Made by a program: the position numbers and the translations under genes
Source: an uncultured Bacteroidales bacterium
GTDB lineage: Bacteria > Bacteroidota > Bacteroidia > Bacteroidales > Paludibacteraceae
Length of the DNA stretch: 64,000 bases
NCBI GenBank assembly: GCA_902771935.1
Contig: CACXYM010000002.1
Coordinates: forward strand, 54,234-118,233
Direction: 5' to 3'
Shown: one piece after another, positions 1 to 8,265 of the stretch
Position numbering within the stretch: position 1 is the stretch's first letter
Layout of the letters: each line of letters begins with the position of its first letter
The notes under the pieces: model-generated
The model's input: the letters and a program-made list of their open reading frames with translations, nothing else
Database searches by the model: none
What the model was told of the DNA's origin: nothing

Positions 1-1
1 C

Positions 2-598
2 CGCCGTACGTATGCAGAAGAGCCAAAAGAAGTAGAATTCCGTCTTGAGTTGTTGCAAAACGACAAAGCTGTCGACCAAACCTTCGTTAAGTTGAGCGAA
101 AAAGAGGAAGTTAGTGCCGGCTTCTCTTTTGACGAAGACTTGTGCAAAGAATACAACGATAGCAAGGCTAACATCTATACGTTTATTGAAAACTGGATCC
201 CTGCGGCTGGTAATATCTTACCGATGGGCAACCAGACAACACTTGTTCCAGTTGGAGTGAAGGCTATTGCAGAAGATGAGTATACCTTCTCAATGCCAGA
301 CGGCACGGACGGAGTTGGAGTAACGCTGATAGATAATGTTCGCGGTATGCGCACGAACCTTGCGTTGTCCGATTATATGGTTGAACTCGAAGCAGGAACA
401 TACGACGACCGCTTCGTTCTGGAGATTTCGCCGATTGAGCAGATTGTGACTGGCGTTGAAATGATCAATGGTGAGAATGGTGACGCTTCGCTTAATGGTG
501 AAAAGGTTACGGGTGTTTGCAAGAAACTCATTGACGGCGTACTATACATCGTCAAGGACGGTAAAGTATTTGATGCTCGCGGTGCGAGAATACAGTAA
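2..598 (+). CDS. 3' end of a secreted/surface protein gene; the 5' part lies outside the window
   Basis: The frame is open from the window edge (no stop from nt 2). It ends KKLIDGVLYIVKDGKVFDARGARIQ, a tail shared with the LRR protein at 27388-29511. Confidence 0.6.
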   Translation, partial: RRTYAEEPKEVEFRLELLQNDKAVDQTFVKLSEKEEVSAGFSFDEDLCKEYNDSKANIYTFIENWIPAAGNILPMGNQTTLVPVGVKAIAEDEYTFSMPDGTDGVGVTLIDNVRGMRTNLALSDYMVELEAGTYDDRFVLEISPIEQIVTGVEMINGENGDASLNGEKVTGVCKKLIDGVLYIVKDGKVFDARGARIQ

Positions 599-635
599 AT
601 AATGTTTAATGTTGAATGTTTAACGTTTAAGGAGA
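599..635 (+). repeat. Heptanucleotide tandem array AATGTTT AATGTTG AATGTTT AACGTTT
   Basis: Four in-phase 7-nt units at 601-628, right after the stop codon. TAA at 600, 607, 621 and 628 plus TGA at 613. Shares the 12-mer GTTTAACGTTTA with the array at 3735-3764. Confidence 0.8.
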
Positions 636-642
636 AACAACT

Positions 643-1020
643 ATGAGAAACATACTAAGTATTATCATTATTTGCTGCCTCGCAACAGTGAGCGCACACG
701 CTGACATGACGCAATACAATAAGTCCTTTGGTCAGACCGATTATGACGAACTGACGAGTGATCGGGCGGTAATGAATAGCACCCGCTACTCCAGCCCGAT
801 ATACGAGCCGTTTAGTTCAACCACGCCGTCCGAACTATCGGAGGTTGGTTCTAATTCCGGTTCGCACAAAGGACACATCCGTAAAGGGTTCATAACGCCT
901 TCTGACCCAGGTAACCAATCTCAAGACTCCCCTATCGGCGATGCCCTCTTACCTCTGCTCGCTCTGGCTCTCGCCTTCGGCGCAGTCATCTACTTCCGTA
1001 GAAAGCGTATTGCTAAGTAA
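643..1020 (+). CDS. Small exported hypothetical protein with a C-terminal membrane anchor
   Basis: Signal peptide MRNILSIIIICCLATVSAHA, a Ser/Pro/Gly-rich middle, and a C-terminal hydrophobic helix LLPLLALALAFGAVIYF followed by RRKRIAK. Confidence 0.55.
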   Translation: MRNILSIIIICCLATVSAHADMTQYNKSFGQTDYDELTSDRAVMNSTRYSSPIYEPFSSTTPSELSEVGSNSGSHKGHIRKGFITPSDPGNQSQDSPIGDALLPLLALALAFGAVIYFRRKRIAK

Positions 1021-1027
1021 AATCAGA

Positions 1028-1048
1028 GGTTACCGGTTACGGGTTACA
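1028..1048 (+). repeat. Heptanucleotide tandem array GGTTACC GGTTACG GGTTACA
   Basis: Three in-phase 7-nt units starting 8 nt after the stop codon. The complement carries TAA on a 7-nt lattice. Confidence 0.8.
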
Positions 1049-1050
1049 GA

Positions 1051-1088
1051 AATCACACCTCAGGCACTTGCTCGGGGTGTGATTTTTA
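1051..1088 (+). terminator. Rho-independent terminator
   Basis: AATCACACC (1051-1059) pairs with GGTGTGATT (1076-1084), followed by a T run. Confidence 0.6.
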
Positions 1089-1151
1089 TTAGAAAAGTAC
1101 AAAAAAATGCTTTTTTTCACCAAAATCCTTGTGTATTCCAATTATTTGCCG

Positions 1152-1159
1152 TACCTTTG
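1152..1159 (+). promoter_or_regulatory. Bacteroidota -7 box TACCTTTG
   Basis: TAnnTTTG motif 60 nt upstream of ATG 1220. Confidence 0.5.
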
Positions 1160-1219
1160 CAGCGGATTATTGAAAATTCAATAATTATAAAAGCAATAAT
1201 TATAAATTCAATATTATAT

Positions 1220-2371
1220 ATGTTACACAAAGACAGCAAGTTAAATCCGTTTATTATCGGGAAATACGTCTCGGATGAGTACTTCTGCGATAGAGAAAAA
1301 GAGACGGAACAAGTCAAAACCCAACTGTTTAATGGCCGCAATATGACACTTATTGCTGCCAGACGCATTGGTAAATCGGGCTTGATAAGTCATGTGTTCG
1401 CTCAGCCGGATATCGCTAAAGCCTATTATACCATACAAGTGGATCTGTATGCTACGAATAATCTAACCGAGATGGTAACGGTATTAGGTAAAGAAGTATT
1501 CAGCCAAGTGCAAAAACAATCGAAGTCTTGGCGAGATAAGTTCTTTGATGTCATCACTTCTTTGCGCGTAGGATTAAAATTAGACCCTGTATCCGGCGTC
1601 CCGACGTTGGACATAGGTATAGGAGACATTTCTTCCCCGACGATGACTATCGACCAAATTTTTGAATATCTGGAGATGGCGGACAAACCCTGTATAGTGG
1701 CGTTTGATGAGTTCCAACAAATAACCAACTATCCGGAAAAAAATGTGGAAGCACTACTGCGGACATATATTCAACGGTGTAAAAAGACGTTATTCATCTT
1801 CGCTGGTAGCCAAAAACATATGATGGCGCAAATGTTCCTTTCACCTGCAAGACCATTTTATCAAAGTACGAGCAACATGGGATTAGAGCCTATCCCTCGC
1901 GATACATATATAGCATTTGCCCAAGCGATGTTCAAAAAAGGAGCTAAGGAGATTGACGCTGAGGCTGTAGGGCGTGTATATGATATGTATTATGGCATAA
2001 CGTGGTATATGCAGTATATGTTGAACGAGATGTTCAATCTCACACCGGAAGGTGGAACATGTCGGGTAGAAACAATTGAAGTGGCAATCCAAAATGTTTT
2101 GAGTGCCCAGCAAACATTCTATCAGTATGTATTTACCAATATTCCTCCTCGACAAAAAGAACTACTTTTTGCCATTGCAAAAGCAGGAGTAGCCCAGAAC
2201 GTGACGTCTAAAGAATTTGTTCAGAAATATCGTTTGCAATCTGCAAGTAGTATTCAGTCTGCTTTGAAAGGCTTGGAAGAAAAAGAACTTGTCATTGGTA
2301 GTTTAGACAAGACTTGGCGTATATACGATACTTTCTTGGAGCAGTATATACAACGGTATGTGGTAAAATAA
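1220..2371 (+). CDS. Stand-alone AAA-type ATPase (archaeal-ATPase/DUF234-like family)
   Basis: The ORF-track frame from 941 runs through the upstream gene end, a terminator and a promoter. The first sensible start is ATG 1220 (MLHKDSKLNPFIIGKYV). P-loop-like AARRIGKSGL and Walker-B-like CIVAFDEFQ. Confidence 0.75.
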   Translation: MLHKDSKLNPFIIGKYVSDEYFCDREKETEQVKTQLFNGRNMTLIAARRIGKSGLISHVFAQPDIAKAYYTIQVDLYATNNLTEMVTVLGKEVFSQVQKQSKSWRDKFFDVITSLRVGLKLDPVSGVPTLDIGIGDISSPTMTIDQIFEYLEMADKPCIVAFDEFQQITNYPEKNVEALLRTYIQRCKKTLFIFAGSQKHMMAQMFLSPARPFYQSTSNMGLEPIPRDTYIAFAQAMFKKGAKEIDAEAVGRVYDMYYGITWYMQYMLNEMFNLTPEGGTCRVETIEVAIQNVLSAQQTFYQYVFTNIPPRQKELLFAIAKAGVAQNVTSKEFVQKYRLQSASSIQSALKGLEEKELVIGSLDKTWRIYDTFLEQYIQRYVVK

Positions 2372-2423
2372 AAGGTCAGTCGCTGTATAGCGCGGAAGGG
2401 CAGCTGATTCAATAGAACACTAC

Positions 2424-3743
2424 GTGAACAAGTATCGTCAAATTGTCTCATGGCTTCAGGCACGGCCGTTTGTGGTGCTGTTAGTGCCACTGATTGCAGT
2501 GATACTCCTTCTGCCGGACAGAATATTGCTGCGCGAAACGGAAGTGGAGTGGTTAGATACGACTTATACGTTTCAGGCACGGATAACGGACTATCCCGTA
2601 GAACGAGCAAAATCATATCGCCTCACAGCAGAGGTAACGGCATATAGAGATAGCTCGTGGCATGCTACAACAGGTACCATCTATCTTTATTTGGCAAAGG
2701 ACTCAACTGTGGCGGAGTTGGAACCTAACGACCTGATTATTTTTCGCAGCAAGGTACATCGACCGGACTCCATCGGCACCTTTGACTACGCCACTTACTT
2801 GCGGCGGCAAGGTATAGCCGGAACAGCCTATGTACCCGCCAACAAATGGCACACCATCGGCACCAGTTCACGCTGGTCGCTACGTATCGCCGCCAAACGT
2901 TTGCAGCACCACTTAGTGAACCGATACCGCGAAGTAGGTATCACAGGTAACGAATTAGGTACACTCGCAGCACTGACTCTCGGATACCGCGAAGAATTAG
3001 ACCCGTCTATCAGACAAGCCTTCCAACGCGCCGGAGCCGCACACGTCTTAGCAGTCAGCGGACTGCATACGGGAATAATCTATGGCGTACTATGGGCATT
3101 GCTGACTGGTTTCGGTTTGTGGAAGCCACTATACGAACAGAAATGGCAGCGACGAGTGCTGAGTGTGGTGATTATCGCGGCGATGTGGGGCTATGCCCTG
3201 CTCACCGGATTGACCCCGTCGGTCGTCAGAAGTGTGATTATGGTAACTATCATGCAGACGGCCTATATGTGCTACCGCAATCCACTGTCGCTGAACTCAG
3301 TCGCTGCGGCTGCGTTCCTAATACTGATGGTGCGACCAACTGACTTGTACTCCGTGTCCTTCCAACTGTCGTTTGCTGCCGTTACTGCTATACTGCTGAT
3401 CTGCCCTAAAGCGATACATATACCCATGCCAAAAGAATGGCTGTCGGTGCCGGTGAACTGGACTGTAAACCTGGCGATGGTGTCTATCGCTGCGCAATTA
3501 GGAACATTGCCCTTTACGCTCTATTACTTCCGGCAGTGCAGCAACTACTTCCTGCTGACCAACCTTGTAGTAATTGGGCTGGCAACGCTGATTACGATGA
3601 CAGCCTTTGCGCTGCTGACGATTGGTTGGATACCTGGAGTCGGAGAAATAATAGGCTTTGTGATTCAGTGGGGCGTATGGTTGCTGAATACGGTCGTCGG
3701 ATGGATTGAAGGACTACCGGGAGCGGTGAGTATAATCGTTTAA
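2424..3743 (+). CDS. comEC: ComEC/Rec2 family DNA internalisation channel protein
   Basis: GTG start; polytopic membrane protein; signature RAGAAHVLAVSGLHTGIIYG. Confidence 0.8.
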   Translation: MNKYRQIVSWLQARPFVVLLVPLIAVILLLPDRILLRETEVEWLDTTYTFQARITDYPVERAKSYRLTAEVTAYRDSSWHATTGTIYLYLAKDSTVAELEPNDLIIFRSKVHRPDSIGTFDYATYLRRQGIAGTAYVPANKWHTIGTSSRWSLRIAAKRLQHHLVNRYREVGITGNELGTLAALTLGYREELDPSIRQAFQRAGAAHVLAVSGLHTGIIYGVLWALLTGFGLWKPLYEQKWQRRVLSVVIIAAMWGYALLTGLTPSVVRSVIMVTIMQTAYMCYRNPLSLNSVAAAAFLILMVRPTDLYSVSFQLSFAAVTAILLICPKAIHIPMPKEWLSVPVNWTVNLAMVSIAAQLGTLPFTLYYFRQCSNYFLLTNLVVIGLATLITMTAFALLTIGWIPGVGEIIGFVIQWGVWLLNTVVGWIEGLPGAVSIIV

Positions 3744-3764
3744 CGTTTAGCGTTTAGTGTTTAG
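3735..3764 (+). repeat. Heptanucleotide tandem array ATCGTTT AACGTTT AGCGTTT AGTGTTT
   Basis: Four in-phase units fill the comEC-xseA spacer. Stop codons at 3741, 3748, 3755 and 3762 are exactly 7 nt apart, so they fall in frames 0, 1, 2, 0. Confidence 0.85.
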
Positions 3765-3769
3765 AGATT

Positions 3770-4852
3770 ATGGAGAAACATTATAAATTATCAGAAGTGT
3801 GCAACATCGTGGAAGATGTTATCACGATGGAAACGGAGACCTATTGGGTGCAAGCCGAGATTGCTTCAATATCCGTCCGTGGTGGACATTGCTACTTGGA
3901 TCTCGTAGAGAAATCTATCAGCGGAATAGAAGCCAAAATGCGCGCCACCATCTGGGCTAACGTCTATGCCCTGCTCAAACCCTATTTTCACGAAGATACC
4001 GGTACGGACTTGCAAGTAGGCATGCAAATCTTAGTCGAAGCCACAGTGGAGTTTCATGCAGTATACGGTCTCAGTCTCAATATCAGTAACATCGACCCGA
4101 CATACACGATTGGCGACCTCGCCAAACAACGGCAAGAGACCATCGCCAAACTGATGGCTGACGGAGTAATCGATATGAACAAGTCCCTCACGTTACCTAC
4201 TATCGTGCGCCGCATTGCGGTTGTATCTTCCGAGATGGCTGCCGGCTATGGTGACTTCCTCCACCAGTTGGAAGAAGGAGGCTATCGTTTTGAGACAACA
4301 CTATTCCCTGCTATTATGCAAGGCGAACATGCCGCCAAGTCCATTATTGCCGCCTTGGAAACCATAGCTGCGCAAGAGGACGAGTGGGATGCAGTGGCTA
4401 TCATCCGAGGTGGCGGCGCCACAACAGACCTCACCTGCTTTGACGACTACAACCTCTGTAACCACTGCGCACAATTCCCACTGCCTATAATAACAGGTAT
4501 TGGCCACACCAAAGATGTGTCCGTTTTAGATATGGTAGCCTTCGCACCACTAAAGACACCAACTGCCGTGGCGCAGTACTTCGTAGACGGACGATTAGCT
4601 CAGACACAACGTCTGCGCGACCTCGAACAACGCTTGCGCCGCGTAGCGGAAAATATCCTGCTCGTACGCAAACATAAGATTGAACTCCTGGCACAACGAC
4701 TGGCCATGTGCTCGCCTGAGCGTATATACAAAATGGGCTATAGTCTTGTTACATCCGGCGGCAAAGTGGTGCGCTCCGCTGCAGATTTACAAGCAGGAGA
4801 ACTCATAACAACCCATTTCCTTGACGGCGAAAAAGAGGCAATCGTACAATGA
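3770..4852 (+). CDS. xseA: Exodeoxyribonuclease VII large subunit
   Basis: N-terminal OB-fold region; IIRGGGATTDLTCFDDY and ITGIGHTKDVSVLDMVA motifs. Confidence 0.85.
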   Translation: MEKHYKLSEVCNIVEDVITMETETYWVQAEIASISVRGGHCYLDLVEKSISGIEAKMRATIWANVYALLKPYFHEDTGTDLQVGMQILVEATVEFHAVYGLSLNISNIDPTYTIGDLAKQRQETIAKLMADGVIDMNKSLTLPTIVRRIAVVSSEMAAGYGDFLHQLEEGGYRFETTLFPAIMQGEHAAKSIIAALETIAAQEDEWDAVAIIRGGGATTDLTCFDDYNLCNHCAQFPLPIITGIGHTKDVSVLDMVAFAPLKTPTAVAQYFVDGRLAQTQRLRDLEQRLRRVAENILLVRKHKIELLAQRLAMCSPERIYKMGYSLVTSGGKVVRSAADLQAGELITTHFLDGEKEAIVQ

Positions 4853-5754
4853 AAAAGAAGAAGCGTCAACATATTCTGACTAAGACGCAGATTATCAGCG
4901 CGATTGTGCTGGTACTGATCATGGTAGTAGTAAACATCGTGGCACATCTCAGGCCACGAGGCGAAGAGATTATCGAAGACGAGGAGATAGAAGATGTATC
5001 CTATGCTCTGCAGACTACCCGACTCTTTGCTTTTGACCCGAATACGGCAGACAGTCTGACGCTATTGGAACTGGGCTTGCGACCATGGCAGATAAAGAAC
5101 ATGATGAAATATCGCGCAAAAGGTGGACGATACCGCCAGCCGGATGACTTCCGCAAGCTATACGGCATGACGGACAGTGCATTTGCAGCGCTGAAACCAT
5201 ATATCCGAATAGACTCCACCGCGTGGATAGCACGACGCGACAGCCTGCGACAACTGCGACACGAACGGGATAGCCTGCGCCACGTGGCAGATAGCCTGCG
5301 GCGAGACAGTATCTATTCTTCACGAGGGTATATCGTCAAACGCGATACTATTATTGAACTAAACTCCGCAGACACCACCACTTTGCAATACATCCGCGGG
5401 ATAGGTATTTATACCGCGAAAGCCATTATCTACTACCGCAACCAGTTAGGCGGATACGTTTCACCACAACAGATTCGCGAGATTAAACAACTGCAAGACT
5501 ATAAAGTCAATTTTGATTCTATTGTGCCTCGACTGCGTGCCGAGAGCGACTCGGTCGCGCGCCTGCGCGTAAATTATATAGGAGTAGAGCGGCTACAACG
5601 TCACCCCTACCTCTCATTTACGCAAGCGAAAGCTATCTATGAACTGCGGCGGAATAAGTTCTATCTCAAGTCTATCGACGAACTGCGAAGTCTGCCGTGC
5701 CTGACGGAAGAAGATATCAAACGGCTGGAACCCTATCTGAGTTTTGAGAAATAA
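4849..5754 (+). CDS. ComEA-like helix-hairpin-helix DNA-binding protein
   Basis: ATGA start/stop overlap with xseA. N-terminal TM helix and two HhH modules (FDPNTADSLTLLELGLRPWQ and LNSADTTTLQYIRGIGIYTAKAI). Arg-rich DSLR x3 linker encoded by GAYAGCCTGCG repeats at 5239, 5269 and 5290. Confidence 0.65.
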   Translation: MKKKKRQHILTKTQIISAIVLVLIMVVVNIVAHLRPRGEEIIEDEEIEDVSYALQTTRLFAFDPNTADSLTLLELGLRPWQIKNMMKYRAKGGRYRQPDDFRKLYGMTDSAFAALKPYIRIDSTAWIARRDSLRQLRHERDSLRHVADSLRRDSIYSSRGYIVKRDTIIELNSADTTTLQYIRGIGIYTAKAIIYYRNQLGGYVSPQQIREIKQLQDYKVNFDSIVPRLRAESDSVARLRVNYIGVERLQRHPYLSFTQAKAIYELRRNKFYLKSIDELRSLPCLTEEDIKRLEPYLSFEK

Positions 5755-5782
5755 AAAAAAGAGTCGCGAAGACTCTTTTTTC
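5755..5782. terminator. Bidirectional Rho-independent terminator
   Basis: An A run, then AAGAGTC-GCGAA-GACTCTT, then a T run, between the convergent comEA-like gene and rpsO. Confidence 0.75.
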
Positions 5783-5798
5783 ATTGAACAGGGTTCGA

Positions 5799-6068
5799 TT
5801 ACTTACGAATACCAAGCTCTTTGATGATTGCACGGTAGCGCTCGATGTCTTTTGCCTTGAGGTAATCAAGCAAACGACGACGTTTACCTACGAGAGCGGT
5901 CAGTGCACGCTCTGTACCAAAGTCCTTACGGTTAACTTTCAGGTGCTCGGTGAGGTGGTTAATACGGAAAGTAAAAAGAGCGATTTGGCTCTCTGCAGAA
6001 CCTGTGTTCTTAGCGTCGTTGCCGTATTTAGCGAACAACTCGGCTTTTTTCTCAGATGTTAAATACAT
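5799..6068 (-). CDS. rpsO: 30S ribosomal protein S15
   Basis: 89 aa; MYLTSEKKAELFAKYG...LVGKRRRLLDYLKAKDIERYRAIIKELGIRK. Confidence 0.97.
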   Translation of the reverse strand: MYLTSEKKAELFAKYGNDAKNTGSAESQIALFTFRINHLTEHLKVNRKDFGTERALTALVGKRRRLLDYLKAKDIERYRAIIKELGIRK

Positions 6069-6156
6069 GAGTTAATAGTTTATGTTAAACAATCACAGCC
6101 TCGCAAGATCATCGATACAAACGATGCTGCATTTATGCTTTTCTCAAAAAAGCGTG

Positions 6157-6188
6157 CAAAAGTACTGCTTTTTTATGGAACCTGCAAA
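6157..6188 (-). promoter_or_regulatory. Promoter: -33 TTTG / -7 TACTTTTG
   Basis: Minus strand reads TTTGCAGG-N-AAAAAAGCAGTACTTTTGCACGC. The two boxes are 20 nt apart. Confidence 0.7.
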
Positions 6189-6216
6189 TTTTTCTACAAA
6201 AAAAGCAAAAAAACTA

Positions 6217-7092
6217 TTATTTTCTAATCTCAAATGGGAAGGAGCCAATCATATTGCCATCGATGAAGAAATCGGCAGAATAAAAGCCTTGTGTCACATC
6301 TTCCGGTAGGTTGACGTAAAGTATACCGGCTTGTTCTTCTCCCGTATATTCGAACTCCCGCTGTGCGGAAGCACCGATAACACCGTCTTCAAAAGCAAAA
6401 CTGTATCCTCGCTCTTCGCCCAAGAGATTGCCATTCGGATCTGTCACACGCAAGTAAACGATTTTCTTACCCGGTTCGCATGTGATATTCTTGGCTATTG
6501 TATAATCGAACTGCAGTTTGGTCATCTGTCCAACAACACGCGTCTTGCGGTCACGTTTATTAAGCGGAGTGACCACAAAATTCGTTACCTCCAACATGGC
6601 CGCACGTTGTACAACAGCAGTGAGTTGGGTCTTCTCCTCATGCAGTTGCTGCGCCAGCGAACTGGCCTCTTGATACTGACGATTGAGTTGCTTATTCTCT
6701 TTGGTGAGTTGCTCATTGGTGCGGTTGAGTGAATCAATCTGTGCCACATACTGCACCATAACAGCGCGAACAGTAGCCAGTTCTTTCTTGAGTTCAGCTA
6801 TTCGCCGAGCATTGGTGACACGAGTCACACGCAATTCCTCAAGCAAGTCCTGGACACGTTGCTGTTCTCGAGAAAGCAGATCCTGAAGCGAATCGTTCCT
6901 GATATCCATCTGTTGGTAACCATCAAACTGAATAGCCAAGTCCTCATATTCCTCCTGAAGTTGCTCTTTCTCAAAAGCCATTTGTTCAGTCATCTCTTGC
7001 ATATCCCTACGCTGACGCAGGTTGAAGAATACGAGCGCAGCAATGCCAAGAAGAAGCAGTACAATGATAATTATTGCGGTAGATTTTTTCAT
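6217..7092 (-). CDS. Membrane-anchored coiled-coil hypothetical protein
   Basis: N-terminal TM helix, a long Q/E/L-rich heptad region, and a C-terminal beta-rich domain. No family recognised. Confidence 0.6.
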   Translation of the reverse strand: MKKSTAIIIIVLLLLGIAALVFFNLRQRRDMQEMTEQMAFEKEQLQEEYEDLAIQFDGYQQMDIRNDSLQDLLSREQQRVQDLLEELRVTRVTNARRIAELKKELATVRAVMVQYVAQIDSLNRTNEQLTKENKQLNRQYQEASSLAQQLHEEKTQLTAVVQRAAMLEVTNFVVTPLNKRDRKTRVVGQMTKLQFDYTIAKNITCEPGKKIVYLRVTDPNGNLLGEERGYSFAFEDGVIGASAQREFEYTGEEQAGILYVNLPEDVTQGFYSADFFIDGNMIGSFPFEIRK

Positions 7093-8265
7093 TTATAGTA
7101 GCGGTAGAATAGTTTCTAATTTATTGGAGCGCGACCCTTTAATCAGTATGTGAGCATTAGTGATCGGATGCAACTTGAGATACTCGATAAACTCTTCGGT
7201 GGTATCAAAAATAGCGTACGGCGCAGTCGTCTCACGCCACTCCGAACCGATAAGATACACCGTATCCGCTTTGCGCTCCAGCAGCATATTGGCGATATTC
7301 TGGTGCTCGAGGTGCGAGTAGGAGCCCAGTTCTCTCATTGCCCCGAGCACATAGACTTCCCCTTTGAAGGCATTAATAGCAGCCGTCATAGACGTCGGGT
7401 TGGCGTTATAGGCATCCACCACGAGGTCGTTGTGCTCCGTGCGCATCAACTGCGAACGGTTATTAGACGGAATGTAGGCGCGAATAGCTGCCAAAGCATC
7501 CTCCTTCTTCACACCGAAATATTCACCAACACAAATAGCAGCTGATACATTCTCGGCATTATAGTCGCCTACAAGATGCGTGCCTTGAGGCATCGTGCCG
7601 GTGCAGTATTCTACGAGTTGTGATGTGTGATTTATGATTTGTGCTTTGTCCAGCATCTGTCGGAGGTGTGGATTATCTGAATTGTAGAAGATGGTCCCGT
7701 GATGGTCACGGAGATAATCGTACAGTTCCGCTTTGGTATTCATTACACCTTCAAACGATCCGAAACCCTCCAGATGTGCGCGACCAACATTAGTGATAAG
7801 ACCATAGTTGGGTTCGGCCACTTCAACGAGCTCCTTAATATCTCCCGGATGGGAAGCCCCCATCTCAACGATAGCGAGTTGGTGATCCTTGGTGAGTTGG
7901 CAGAGCGTCAACGGCACACCAAGCGAGTTATTGTAATTGCCCTGAGTGTAGTGGATATTGTACTTTGTCTTGAGCACAGCGGCCGTAAGCTCCTTTGTAG
8001 TCGTCTTGCCGTTCGTTCCGGTGATGGCAATAATAGGTATATTCAGTTCACGCCGCCAAGCGCGAGCAAGGTCTTGGAACTCCACCAAAGCATTATCCCC
8101 CTTGATGACATAAGCAGCCCCATCCTTAACGGCTTGCTCCACATAGTCATTTCCATCAAAGTGCTCTCCTTTAAGTGCCACAAAGATACAGCCGGGAGTA
8201 ATCTTCCGGCTGTCCGTTGTAACAGTTAGACTCGTCCTATTTTTTATTAGGCAACTCCAGTCCAT
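7093..8265 (-). CDS. murF: UDP-N-acetylmuramoyl-tripeptide--D-alanyl-D-alanine ligase
   Basis: ITGTNGKTTTKE P-loop, GNYNNSLGVPLT, NVGRAHLEGFGS and DAYNANPTSM. Confidence 0.85.
   Translation of the reverse strand: MDWSCLIKNRTSLTVTTDSRKITPGCIFVALKGEHFDGNDYVEQAVKDGAAYVIKGDNALVEFQDLARAWRRELNIPIIAITGTNGKTTTKELTAAVLKTKYNIHYTQGNYNNSLGVPLTLCQLTKDHQLAIVEMGASHPGDIKELVEVAEPNYGLITNVGRAHLEGFGSFEGVMNTKAELYDYLRDHHGTIFYNSDNPHLRQMLDKAQIINHTSQLVEYCTGTMPQGTHLVGDYNAENVSAAICVGEYFGVKKEDALAAIRAYIPSNNRSQLMRTEHNDLVVDAYNANPTSMTAAINAFKGEVYVLGAMRELGSYSHLEHQNIANMLLERKADTVYLIGSEWRETTAPYAIFDTTEEFIEYLKLHPITNAHILIKGSRSNKLETILPLL

Noticed and set aside
1174-1213. Direct repeats CAATAATTATAAA (1179-1191 and 1194-1206) and AAATTCAATA (1174-1183 and 1204-1213) in the ATPase gene leader.
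   Set aside because: They are short AT-rich repeats in an AT-rich 5' leader, plausibly chance or slippage, and there is no independent support for a function.
941-1219. N-terminal 93 residues of the ORF-track entry 941..2371.
   Set aside because: This stretch overlaps the previous gene, crosses its terminator hairpin (1051-1088) and the TACCTTTG promoter box (1152-1159). The start was moved to ATG 1220.
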